In this document: positions 19,258 to 27,775 of the stretch, piece by piece
Position numbering within the stretch: position 1 is the stretch's first letter
Layout: each line of letters begins with the position of its first letter
IMG/VR virus record: IMGVR_UViG_3300036900_000166
Span: 1 to 56,613 of that record
From: a virus
Lineage: Duplodnaviria > Caudoviricetes
DNA: 56,613 nt
Strand: one strand, 5' to 3'
The notes under the pieces: generated by a model
What the model saw: only the letters and a program-made list of their open reading frames with translations
Database searches by the model: none
Told to the model about the DNA's origin: nothing
Translations under genes and position numbers: made by a program

Positions 19258-19549
19258 GACGTTTTACGATTTTATACTCAATAGGGTAGAGCATTTCGAC
19301 CAGAAAATACTCGATGAAATGCACCCTATGGATTCACAGTGGGTTGGCACTATTTCTACGGGATCATTCCAGCCACAATGGTGGGAATGCCGAGAATCTG
19401 TTAGAAAGATTTCCGAAGGAGATAGTTACATGAGAAGTGAAGAAGTTGACGGAATCGGACACACTTTTGATAGATTTGCCTCTGTTTATCCAGACATCGG
19501 AACATGGAAGCCGTACGAACCTCATGATTGGGTAAAGCTTCCTGTTTAA
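19247..19549 (+). CDS. 100-aa paralog of the major capsid protein N-terminus
   Basis: About 37 of 61 aligned residues are identical to capsid residues 3-66 (hand alignment), with a 23-aa insertion. Confidence 0.8.
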   Translation: MECKTFYDFILNRVEHFDQKILDEMHPMDSQWVGTISTGSFQPQWWECRESVRKISEGDSYMRSEEVDGIGHTFDRFASVYPDIGTWKPYEPHDWVKLPV

Positions 19550-19557
19550 TATTTCTG

Positions 19558-19586
19558 TTGACTTTAGCGTTAAAGGGATCTAAAAC
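19558..19586 (+). promoter_or_regulatory. Sigma70-like promoter for the capsid gene
   Basis: TTGACT-N17-TAAAAC, followed by a leader of about 165 nt. Confidence 0.55.
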
Positions 19587-19757
19587 CTGCCGCTAGTGGC
19601 GTGATAGTCTCCCGGTTTCGCCCACGGGAGCGAGCAGAAGCCCGTGCTTCCTTCATGGCTGCAAGGCCGTGGACATTCAAAAACCGAACGTCCACGCGAG
19701 ACTTGTGCCTCCCCTCTGGCCGTTCAAAAACAGTAACGCAGCAAGAACTATTTTTGT

Positions 19758-21359
19758 ATGGCCATCAGTTGCCAAGCTTTCTCAGATTTCATTTCCCGGC
19801 GTGTTGAGCATTTGGACGACAACATCATCATGTCCATGCACCCGCTGGATTCACAGTGGGTCGGTCACGTTTCCACGGGTCGGTTCAAGGCTGAAGATGG
19901 CATTGAACATACGTTTGATAGATTTGAAAACGTGTTCCCGCAGCTGGGTGCGTGGTCGGACGTGCAGGCCGCGTCTTGCGTGGGTGCGCCTTGCGATCCC
20001 ACCTCGACCAAGGTTGGGCTCGGATTCACCCGTGACAGCTACAAACTTCAACAGAAGTCGTACGAAACCGACCTGTTCTGTTGGGATTTGATTCTGTCGG
20101 CTGACCGTGCGACACAGCAATTTGCCCATTTCATCCGGGTTTTACGCCGGGTTTCGACCATTGTGTGGTCGGACAGGTTCCGCAAAGAAGCCATTCGGAT
20201 CGCCAAATTCCGGTGGGTGCTGGCCAACAACACGCTTATCGCCGTCAATGCGACGTGGAATGCGGCTCAAACCCAACTCACGTTGACCCCGGTGACCGGC
20301 ACCTTCCCAACGGGTGGGATCACAAGCCAAATCACCGCTCGCCACCTCCAACGCCGGGTTGACCCGCAGATTCGTTCCGGTGCCGATGGTCCCACGATCA
20401 ACAAGAACATGCAGCCCATGTTGGAACTGGTTTCCGACATGCAAAGCGTGTGGAACTTGGTGGAAGGTGACCCCGCTTTGACCGACCACTGGCGTTTCAA
20501 CACCTTTGCCGACGCCGCGAAGTATTACAAATACGGCTGGACGGGTTCTGTGGGCAATTTCGGTGTTCGTGCCGATGCCTACCAACTGCGGTTCGACATC
20601 GTTTCGACCTCGGCCACCAGCATCGTTCTTTCTGTGGTGTTCCCCTACACCAACATCGCAGCCACCGAAGGCATCAAGGAAGATGTCAACAGTGACTTCG
20701 ACACCGCACGGGTGTACACGCACTACATCTGGCACCGCAAAGCCATGACTTCGCTGGTGCGAGATGCCAAGGCGATCAACCCCGAAATGCCCTTTGCCGC
20801 CCGTGATTTTGCCGGGAAATGGCAGTTTGTGATGGATAACCTCACCTGTGGCACCTTTGACGTGACCGATGCCACCACGGGAGTTGTGCGAACCGTGCCG
20901 ATCCCCGTGGACAACGCACGCCGCAACAAAGGCAAGTTCATCACCGACTTTGGTGGCGCAATCCAGTCGGAATACCCTGAATTGGCCGAAGTCATCTTCA
21001 GCCTGGGTGGACCGGCTTGTATCGTTGACGTGCCTGTGTGCCCGGATGACCCTGGTTATCCCGCTCAGAACTACAGCAGCGCCAACACGCCTTGCGCCAC
21101 CACTGCGACAACGATTGTTCAGACCCCGATCCTAAACGCCACGACTGGCACCTACGAAATCCCCATGAATTCCGTGCTTTGTAACGGGATTCAGGTGGTT
21201 CACGACGCCATCACTGGAACCAGCACGGTCACGACCCTTGTGGCCCAGTTGAACGTGGTTCTGGCTGGCTTGGGAACGTGGTCGGTGTCCGGTGCCAACA
21301 TTTCGCTCTCCACCACGGCATGTACCAACATTGGTCTGCCTTGGGAGGACGCGAGCTAG
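19758..21359 (+). CDS. Major capsid protein (probable), with a Thr-rich C-terminal extension
   Basis: Follows scaffold/GroES; has its own promoter and a downstream hairpin; C-ending codon bias suggests high expression; 533 aa. Confidence 0.75.
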   Translation: MAISCQAFSDFISRRVEHLDDNIIMSMHPLDSQWVGHVSTGRFKAEDGIEHTFDRFENVFPQLGAWSDVQAASCVGAPCDPTSTKVGLGFTRDSYKLQQKSYETDLFCWDLILSADRATQQFAHFIRVLRRVSTIVWSDRFRKEAIRIAKFRWVLANNTLIAVNATWNAAQTQLTLTPVTGTFPTGGITSQITARHLQRRVDPQIRSGADGPTINKNMQPMLELVSDMQSVWNLVEGDPALTDHWRFNTFADAAKYYKYGWTGSVGNFGVRADAYQLRFDIVSTSATSIVLSVVFPYTNIAATEGIKEDVNSDFDTARVYTHYIWHRKAMTSLVRDAKAINPEMPFAARDFAGKWQFVMDNLTCGTFDVTDATTGVVRTVPIPVDNARRNKGKFITDFGGAIQSEYPELAEVIFSLGGPACIVDVPVCPDDPGYPAQNYSSANTPCATTATTIVQTPILNATTGTYEIPMNSVLCNGIQVVHDAITGTSTVTTLVAQLNVVLAGLGTWSVSGANISLSTTACTNIGLPWEDAS

Positions 21360-21392
21360 GGTTAGTCACGAGGTAGTGGTGTGGTTGTTAGG

Positions 21393-21422
21393 GGACCGTG
21401 GGTTTTCATAGGCCCACGGTCC
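21393..21422. terminator. Hairpin between the convergent capsid and HNH genes
   Basis: GGACCGTGGG-N10-CCCACGGTCC, perfect 10-bp stem. Confidence 0.6.
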
Positions 21423-21920
21423 TTAAAACCAAGTTTTAAAATGAACAATGGACCAAATAGTGGTCTGATGGAGGTGGAAAGCTCTGCCAAGAGCGGCCTG
21501 CGTCACGTTGCAGTCAAAGTAAAGCCGTCTTATTTCATTGGCAACATCCTTGGATATTTTTCCTCGGAACATTGTTGCCGTCGAGAATCTTCCTTTGTTT
21601 ATGCAATCTCGCATGTTATCAACCTGTGTTCCAAGGAACAGGTGATCCGGCCTTACGCAGGGATAGTTGTCGCAACGATGAAGCACTTTAAGACCTTCAG
21701 GAACAGGACCAAAGTGCATTATCCACGAAGCAATGTGTGCTTTGATATTCTTTCCATGTCCTTTGTGAATGTCTCCATACGTACCGCCTGCGCGAGAACC
21801 GATCCAAACCCAGCACGATTCAGTCTTTCTAACTTTCTTCCAGAACCTTTCCTGAAAAGTGTTATTGAATCCTTGAGAGGTAAGGTAATCCGGGGTAAGT
21901 GTTATGCGTTCAATATTCAT
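21423..21920 (-). CDS. HNH homing endonuclease with C-terminal HTH
   Basis: RFWKKV..CWVW, AH, VLHRCDNYPCVRPDHL.LGT..DN..D..KGR. Confidence 0.92.
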   Translation of the reverse strand: MNIERITLTPDYLTSQGFNNTFQERFWKKVRKTESCWVWIGSRAGGTYGDIHKGHGKNIKAHIASWIMHFGPVPEGLKVLHRCDNYPCVRPDHLFLGTQVDNMRDCINKGRFSTATMFRGKISKDVANEIRRLYFDCNVTQAALGRAFHLHQTTIWSIVHFKTWF

Positions 21921-21998
21921 AAGATGTTGAGCCACGCTCTCGGGTGTTCGTTCACCGCGAGGGCATTTCATTTGTAGCACGAAAGGAAACAAAACACA

Positions 21999-22295
21999 AT
22001 GGATTCCGGAATAGACGAAACACTATACGACTCAGAAACACCACAGAAACCCGATTCCAAGGCTCAATCGGTGGATGAAGAAGAGGCGATGAACCCCACC
22101 ACCTTGGTGGACCTGAAGGTGCTCACCGGAAAGGATGGCGTTGCGCCCAAAGTCGGTGAAGAGCGGGTGGTTAAAGTCACCGCGATCCACGGGGACCAAG
22201 CCGAAATTTCGTACGCCCCCGAGAAACCAGATGAATCTGAAGGGAAGGCAACGGAGTCCGACCCGGAAATGACAAAACTCAACAGCGAGTATTAG
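21999..22295 (+). CDS. Small acidic protein
   Basis: AAAGGA upstream; PKVGEERVVKV. Confidence 0.65.
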   Translation: MDSGIDETLYDSETPQKPDSKAQSVDEEEAMNPTTLVDLKVLTGKDGVAPKVGEERVVKVTAIHGDQAEISYAPEKPDESEGKATESDPEMTKLNSEY

Positions 22296-22771
22296 CCGCA
22301 CATGCGAGCTTCAAACCTAACTATTCTAGAAACGTGGTCCTGACCGACTCCAAATTGTTGGGCAATCCATTGTTGCGTATGACCCGATTCTCTAAGTTTG
22401 CGGATTTCCTGAACGTCGAATTCCGAAAGCTTTGGGCACGACCGCCTTCGTTTTCTAATGCAGTCAGTCATGTTGTCTTGTTTTGTTCCAACCCACAAGT
22501 GGTCCGGTCTAACACACTTGGGATTGTCGCACTTGTGGAGCACGCATTTTCCTTTTGGCACTGGCCCGTTGTGCAATATCCAAGAGGCGACATGGGCGAG
22601 TATGAGTTTGTCTCCAACTCCAGTTCTAAGCCTTCCGTAACCGTCATGGGTTCCTCCAGCCGACCAAATCCAACAGGTTTCGGTTTTGTTAATTCTGGAG
22701 AGCCATCTAATACGAAAGGTTTCGGAAAGACCTTGCGATGCCAGATATTCGGACGTAAGCTCGATACTCAT
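22292..22771 (-). CDS. HNH homing endonuclease with C-terminal HTH
   Basis: CWIW, AH, VLHKCDNPKCVRPDHL.VGT..DN; KLSEFDVQEIR...IAQQFGV. Confidence 0.92.
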   Translation of the reverse strand: MSIELTSEYLASQGLSETFRIRWLSRINKTETCWIWSAGGTHDGYGRLRTGVGDKLILAHVASWILHNGPVPKGKCVLHKCDNPKCVRPDHLWVGTKQDNMTDCIRKRRRSCPKLSEFDVQEIRKLRESGHTQQWIAQQFGVGQDHVSRIVRFEARMCG

Positions 22772-22856
22772 TGGTTAATTATTTGCGCGTTCGGGTTACA
22801 GGCCCAACGCGCATTTTCATTATTCACCTGTAGTTCCAAAACACAATAAAAATCAT

Positions 22857-23225
22857 ATGGCCTTAACGTGCAGTCTCCCCGGCCTAGATTCAGTAATCCC
22901 AGGTTCACTCAACAACATGTCGTCCAAGGAAAAGCAAGCTGCGCTTGTTCTTTACCTTTACCGACAGAAAAACACCTCCACCGTTGGTCAAACCATTAAC
23001 GCAGCCGACCTGCTAAATCAGGCCAAGTGCTTTGAGTGTGCGCCTTCGGAATCCTTGCTTCAGACCTTCGAGGTGTGGATTGCTCGTCAGGCGGCGATTG
23101 ACGCCGGGGCGAGCATCGGAACTTTCAGTGGCAGCGCACTCCACAGCGAGATGAAGTGTTTGATGTGCTTGAGCTTTCACGAACTGAGAGCAATCGAAAT
23201 CCTGCTCAAGTGCCAACTGGCGTGA
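22857..23225 (+). CDS. AKCxC-repeat protein 1
   Basis: LLNQAKCFEC, LHSEMKCLMC. Confidence 0.7.
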   Translation: MALTCSLPGLDSVIPGSLNNMSSKEKQAALVLYLYRQKNTSTVGQTINAADLLNQAKCFECAPSESLLQTFEVWIARQAAIDAGASIGTFSGSALHSEMKCLMCLSFHELRAIEILLKCQLA

Positions 23226-23226
23226 A

Positions 23227-23553
23227 ATGTCGGCTACCCCTTCATCCTTGGCGACATCGGCCAAGTGTTATTGTTTTGACGACAACACGTTTCGTGAGGC
23301 ATTTGTTTACCTGCTGGCCAAGAAAGCCGGTCTTTTAGCCGTGACACCAAAAGCGTTAGCGACCTCGGCAAAGTGTTACTGCTTTCCCGACGACAAGACC
23401 TACAAGGCTGTGGTGGCGTACCTGCTCAACCAGATCGCTGGTGGCGGCAAGACCCCAGCACAACTGGCCACCTCCGCCAAGTGTTTTTGCTTTGATTCAG
23501 ACACTCAAAAGAAGGTGGAAACGTACCTGCTGGACGTGATTGCGGGTGTATGA
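23227..23553 (+). CDS. AKCxC-repeat protein 2
   Basis: Three repeats of about 36 aa: TP..LATSAKC(Y/F)CF...YLL...AG. Confidence 0.75.
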   Translation: MSATPSSLATSAKCYCFDDNTFREAFVYLLAKKAGLLAVTPKALATSAKCYCFPDDKTYKAVVAYLLNQIAGGGKTPAQLATSAKCFCFDSDTQKKVETYLLDVIAGV

Positions 23554-23556
23554 ACC

Positions 23557-23928
23557 ATGTCCACAAGATGCGATGCCAAGGTATTGATGCAGGATGCCAA
23601 GTGTTTGTGTGGGCTCAATCAGTCCAACAAGCTCAGCATCCTCATCTACCTGTTCGCGCAAGTTTCCGGTGTGTCGATTGACCCCAACTTTTTGGTCGAG
23701 CAGGCTAAGTGTTACTGCGGAATCCCCGCCGACATGAAGATGAACGTGCTCATTTGGCTGGCCTGTCAATTTCAGGGTGGCGGTGGCAACACCTGTATCA
23801 CCTGTTTGGATGGCGCAAACGTGCCGGTTGACCCTTCGGCCTGTGATTGTGCCATCGCTTATAACATGAACAGCCAGTTCTGGTTCTGGGACAGCACGGG
23901 AAACACATGGATGCCCATCTTGCTCTAA
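23557..23928 (+). CDS. AKCxC-repeat protein 3
   Basis: QDAKCLCG and EQAKCYCG plus a Cys/Trp-rich tail. Confidence 0.75.
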   Translation: MSTRCDAKVLMQDAKCLCGLNQSNKLSILIYLFAQVSGVSIDPNFLVEQAKCYCGIPADMKMNVLIWLACQFQGGGGNTCITCLDGANVPVDPSACDCAIAYNMNSQFWFWDSTGNTWMPILL

Positions 23929-24155
23929 AACACGCCTCCAGAAAATGGTGGAGGTGGTTGTGGTATTGCTGGCGAAGTCGAAATGCCGTCCTTTCGACCA
24001 TCGAAGAACTGGAAGAGTGCCGAGTCGAACTTCAAGAACTGGCCCACAGTCACAAGATCGCTCGCAAGGGCAACATGGCGTTGGTAAAGTTTTTGAAGGC
24101 GCGACACCACCAAACATTGCCCTTTGGACTTGGGGCGAGGAATAGCGACAGTTGA
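23907..24155 (+). CDS. Hypothetical protein
   Basis: Fills the gap before 24159; helical IEELEECRVELQEL. Confidence 0.45.
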   Translation: MDAHLALKHASRKWWRWLWYCWRSRNAVLSTIEELEECRVELQELAHSHKIARKGNMALVKFLKARHHQTLPFGLGARNSDS

Positions 24156-24158
24156 ACA

Positions 24159-26711
24159 GTGCAACCACCAATCCAGCACAACATTTGGGATACAGTCACC
24201 AACCCAGGACTGTTGGTGTCGGCTGGCGGGGTTACTAATAGCCTTTCGGCGGTCACATTTGCCAACAGCAACGGTGTTTCTTTCGGTCTCAACGCTGGCG
24301 TAATAACCGCAAGTGCTTCGGGTGGTGGTGGAGGTGGGTTAGCAATCTCCAACAGTCAAACTCTGTTCACCAGTGGCACCGTCGCTTTGAGTGAGGGAGG
24401 CGGGGCGATCACAATAGCTTCCTCTGCCGGTGGTCAATCGTTCATGTTTTCGGTTCCACAGACGAGCAGTTTGATCGGAACCAACGGCATCACGGTCACC
24501 CAAAACGGGTCCACGATTTCAATTTCGGCTGGAAACTCTGCCGGTATCGGCTTTACCAGCACCACCACGGCTGGAACTGCGGTGGTTGGAACTTTGAGCA
24601 CCAATGGTCTTTCGTTGGGTGTGCCTGCATACCTAACCACAGCTCCAGCGGGTTCGTCATGGACCGTATCCGACTCGGCAACTTCTGCAACGGTTGGTCG
24701 GCTCGCTTTCGTAAATAGCAACGGTGTCACCTTCGGGCTTTCCACATCGAACAACGGAAACCAGTCCGTAAGTGCTTCTTACACGGTTCCTACCGTGACC
24801 AATTCAAGTTGGACGGTGAGTGACAGCGCCACCTCTGCCACGGTGGGTCGGTTGGCGTTTGTGAACTCCAACAACGTGAGTTTCGCACTTTCCACCAGCA
24901 ACAACGGACAGCAGACGATTAAGGCGAGCATTGCCACCACGTACGCCGGGACAGGTTTTACCATCACCACCACGGCAGGAACGGCCATCGTTGGGACGCT
25001 TAACACGTCGGGGTTAAGTCTTGGGCTGCCACTTTTCTTGACAACCTCTCCCGCTGCCACTTCGTGGACCGTCAGCGACTCGGCTACATCCGCAACCGTT
25101 GGAAGGCTTGCATTCACAGCCTCAAACGGACTCACGCTCACTCTTTCTACATCCAATAATGGAAACCACACCGTAATCGGGAGCTATACAGTTCCTTCGG
25201 TGACGAACAGTTCTTGGACGGTTTCAGACTCATCAACTTCGGCCACGGTTGGAAGATTGGCGTTTACCGCTTCCAACGGACTTACTCTAAGCCTGTCCAC
25301 GTCGAACAACGGCAACCATACCGTGATTGGTTCCTACACAGTGCCCACAGTACCCGCCGCCACGTCTTGGACGGTCAGCGATTCTGCCACTTCTGCCACT
25401 GTTGGCAGGCTCGCATTTACTGCGTCAAACGGTCTCACACTCACTCTTTCCACCAGCAACAATGGCAATCACACCGTAATTGGATCTTACACGGTTCCGA
25501 CCGTAACTAACTCAAGCTGGACCGCTTCAGACTCGGTTACATCCATGACCATTGGCCGTTTGGCATTTACGGCCTCCAATGGACTTACTCTGACTTTAAG
25601 CACAACGACAGGTGGGCTAGCGACATTGGTTGGAAGTTACACGGTGCCAAGCGTTCCAGCTGCGACTTCGTGGACGGTGAGCGATTCCGCGACCAGTGCC
25701 ACCGTGGGAAGGCTGGCGTTTTCCAATGCCAACGGGGTGAGTTTCGCATTGTCCACGTCAAATAACGGTCAGCAGACCATCAGCGCCAGCATCGCCACGA
25801 CTTATGCAGGAACCGGATTTACAAGCACGACCACAGCTGGAACTGCCGTCGTTGGAACTTTGAACACTTCCGGGTTGAGCCTCGCAGTGCCAGCATTTCT
25901 TACCACCGCTGCTCAATCGAGTGCGTTAATGTCGTACTGGGCCAACCTTCCAGCACTTGAGGCGACCACAACCACGATGTGTCAGTCCAACTCGTTTTAC
26001 GTGTTTCCAATCACATTGGACAACAACATGTCGATTTCTTATGCAAGGCTTCTTGCATCGTTTAACTTTACAAGTACCAGCATTGCTACCAGTGCGGTCA
26101 ACAATGCCACAGGAGCCAGCACAGCATTCAGCGAAACTATCGCGTTCAATATTCTCCTTTATACGGCTGGCACAGGTGGAAGTTCTCGCAGTTTGCAAGA
26201 GGTGTATTCAACATCGGCTGGAATGACTTGGGCGGTGTCCGTGTCCCAAGCTTCGACCAGCAACGCCACCAACCAGAGCATCAGCCAAATCATCACATAC
26301 CCATCGCTAGGGTTCACTACCGCCACGGCCAGCACGCAATACAGCGTTAGTACGACGCTTGGACCAATTTCCACAACCCAGTGGAGCAACTTGAGTGCTC
26401 AGAGGTTCTTGGATATTCCGTTCGCCACCAGCCTTAGCGCCGGAAACTACTGGATGGCGTTGAACCGATTCAGCGGCACTGTTGGCGGTAAGAATCTGGA
26501 CGTAAATGCGACAAGCTACGGACTGAGCCAGCAAAACCTATCATTTGCCGACATGAACGTGGCCACCAACCTCACTAATTGTGCCCCACAATACGGACTT
26601 GGTCTTTGGACTCAGGCCAACGCTGCAACAAGCGCATCCATTGGTCTTGCCAATGTTTCAGCCACAACCTCGTACATGGTGCCAATGGTTCAATTCATAC
26701 GACAGGCATAA
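24159..26711 (+). CDS. Ser/Thr-rich repetitive fibre-like protein
   Basis: Seven SWT(V/A)SDS..S.T.GRLAF repeats of about 50 aa and three AGxGFTxTTTAGTA repeats; very few charged residues. Confidence 0.75.
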   Translation: MQPPIQHNIWDTVTNPGLLVSAGGVTNSLSAVTFANSNGVSFGLNAGVITASASGGGGGGLAISNSQTLFTSGTVALSEGGGAITIASSAGGQSFMFSVPQTSSLIGTNGITVTQNGSTISISAGNSAGIGFTSTTTAGTAVVGTLSTNGLSLGVPAYLTTAPAGSSWTVSDSATSATVGRLAFVNSNGVTFGLSTSNNGNQSVSASYTVPTVTNSSWTVSDSATSATVGRLAFVNSNNVSFALSTSNNGQQTIKASIATTYAGTGFTITTTAGTAIVGTLNTSGLSLGLPLFLTTSPAATSWTVSDSATSATVGRLAFTASNGLTLTLSTSNNGNHTVIGSYTVPSVTNSSWTVSDSSTSATVGRLAFTASNGLTLSLSTSNNGNHTVIGSYTVPTVPAATSWTVSDSATSATVGRLAFTASNGLTLTLSTSNNGNHTVIGSYTVPTVTNSSWTASDSVTSMTIGRLAFTASNGLTLTLSTTTGGLATLVGSYTVPSVPAATSWTVSDSATSATVGRLAFSNANGVSFALSTSNNGQQTISASIATTYAGTGFTSTTTAGTAVVGTLNTSGLSLAVPAFLTTAAQSSALMSYWANLPALEATTTTMCQSNSFYVFPITLDNNMSISYARLLASFNFTSTSIATSAVNNATGASTAFSETIAFNILLYTAGTGGSSRSLQEVYSTSAGMTWAVSVSQASTSNATNQSISQIITYPSLGFTTATASTQYSVSTTLGPISTTQWSNLSAQRFLDIPFATSLSAGNYWMALNRFSGTVGGKNLDVNATSYGLSQQNLSFADMNVATNLTNCAPQYGLGLWTQANAATSASIGLANVSATTSYMVPMVQFIRQA

Positions 26712-26712
26712 T

Positions 26713-27420
26713 ATGACGACCGCTGCGTGGATTGTTCCGTCTAACGTCCCCAACGTGACCAGTGGATTAGTCAACTGGTGGAAGTTTGACGAGAACACTG
26801 GCACCACCGCTGCGGATTCAATCGGAGCCGCTAACGGCACCTTTGCTGGGACACCTAACCCGACTTGGATACCCGGAAAAATCAACTCAGGGCTTCACTT
26901 CGACGGAGCCCCCAGTGGCGGATACCTTCAGTTGGCGACCAATTTGATTTCTGGATCTACCGGACTAACCGTTGCCGGATGGGTGTTCCCAACGACCAAC
27001 GTGTTGTCGTATCCCATCTACGACAGTGACGGCGATACCAGCCAAGGGTTTTGGGTTAATCTGAAACAGGGAGCAGTCTCGCTCAATGCCAGCTTTCAGG
27101 CTGTGTTTAACTCGGTCGATGTGGTTAGGGCGAGCGATGGAGAGCCCTTCACGCTAAACGCTTGGACCCACCTGACTATCACTTGGTCCGGAACCACCTC
27201 TGGAGCCGGGGTTCACATTTACGCCAACGCAGTCGAAACGGCCTATGTATCAACCCAAAACGGGTCTGGAACTCACTCTGCCAACACGACCACCAATCGG
27301 TTTATCGGCAGGCCAGATGTCGGAAGCGGTCGCTACGTGGGTGTCATGGATGATTTAAGGGTTTACAACCGTGTGCTCAGTTCCTCAGAAATACTGCAAC
27401 TCTATCAGTGGATCGGATAA
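26713..27420 (+). CDS. LamG / concanavalin A-like domain protein
   Basis: GLVNWWKFDE.TGTTAADS, GL.FDG, WTHL..TW, G.MDDLRVYNRVLS..EI. Confidence 0.9.
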   Translation: MTTAAWIVPSNVPNVTSGLVNWWKFDENTGTTAADSIGAANGTFAGTPNPTWIPGKINSGLHFDGAPSGGYLQLATNLISGSTGLTVAGWVFPTTNVLSYPIYDSDGDTSQGFWVNLKQGAVSLNASFQAVFNSVDVVRASDGEPFTLNAWTHLTITWSGTTSGAGVHIYANAVETAYVSTQNGSGTHSANTTTNRFIGRPDVGSGRYVGVMDDLRVYNRVLSSSEILQLYQWIG

Positions 27421-27423
27421 AAC

Positions 27424-27774
27424 ATGAAAAAACACCTCGCCATCATAACTACACTGCTGCTCGTCGTGGCAGCTTCGGCCATTGCTCAAACCACCGTTCA
27501 AATCACCTCACCGCCTGACGGTTCTCGCATATCCTCCAAGGAAGTCGAAGTGGGAATTCTCTTTTCCACCACCGACCCGGTGCCAGCGAGGTTCGATTTC
27601 ATCGCTTACGACAACGGAACGATGTGGACCTACGGATTTATACAACTGGTCGTCGTGCAAGAGATGAGCTTCACAATTCCATACCAAACCAAGGTGCGCG
27701 GGGCTCATGTTTTGGAACTGGTGTTTTACAACGGAGTTGAATCGGTGACCAACTCCATAACGGTATTTCGATAA
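27424..27774 (+). CDS. Secreted Ig-like protein
   Basis: Signal peptide MKKHLAIITTLLLVVAASAIA; TVQITSPPDG...G.HVL Ig pattern. Confidence 0.7.
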   Translation: MKKHLAIITTLLLVVAASAIAQTTVQITSPPDGSRISSKEVEVGILFSTTDPVPARFDFIAYDNGTMWTYGFIQLVVVQEMSFTIPYQTKVRGAHVLELVFYNGVESVTNSITVFR

Positions 27775-27775
27775 C

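Noticed and set aside
19247-19960. Diversity-generating retroelement TR/VR pair
   Set aside because: No reverse transcriptase in the genome; the differences are not adenine-specific and include a large indel
21381-22849. Plus-strand ORFs 21381..21977 and 22334..22849; group I introns around the HNH genes
   Set aside because: These ORFs are antisense shadows of clear HNH genes; the flanking genes are uninterrupted and I saw no intron core
24530-25915. CRISPR array or DNA tandem repeat
   Set aside because: The repeats are conserved only at the protein level, within one ORF, with no repeat-spacer pattern
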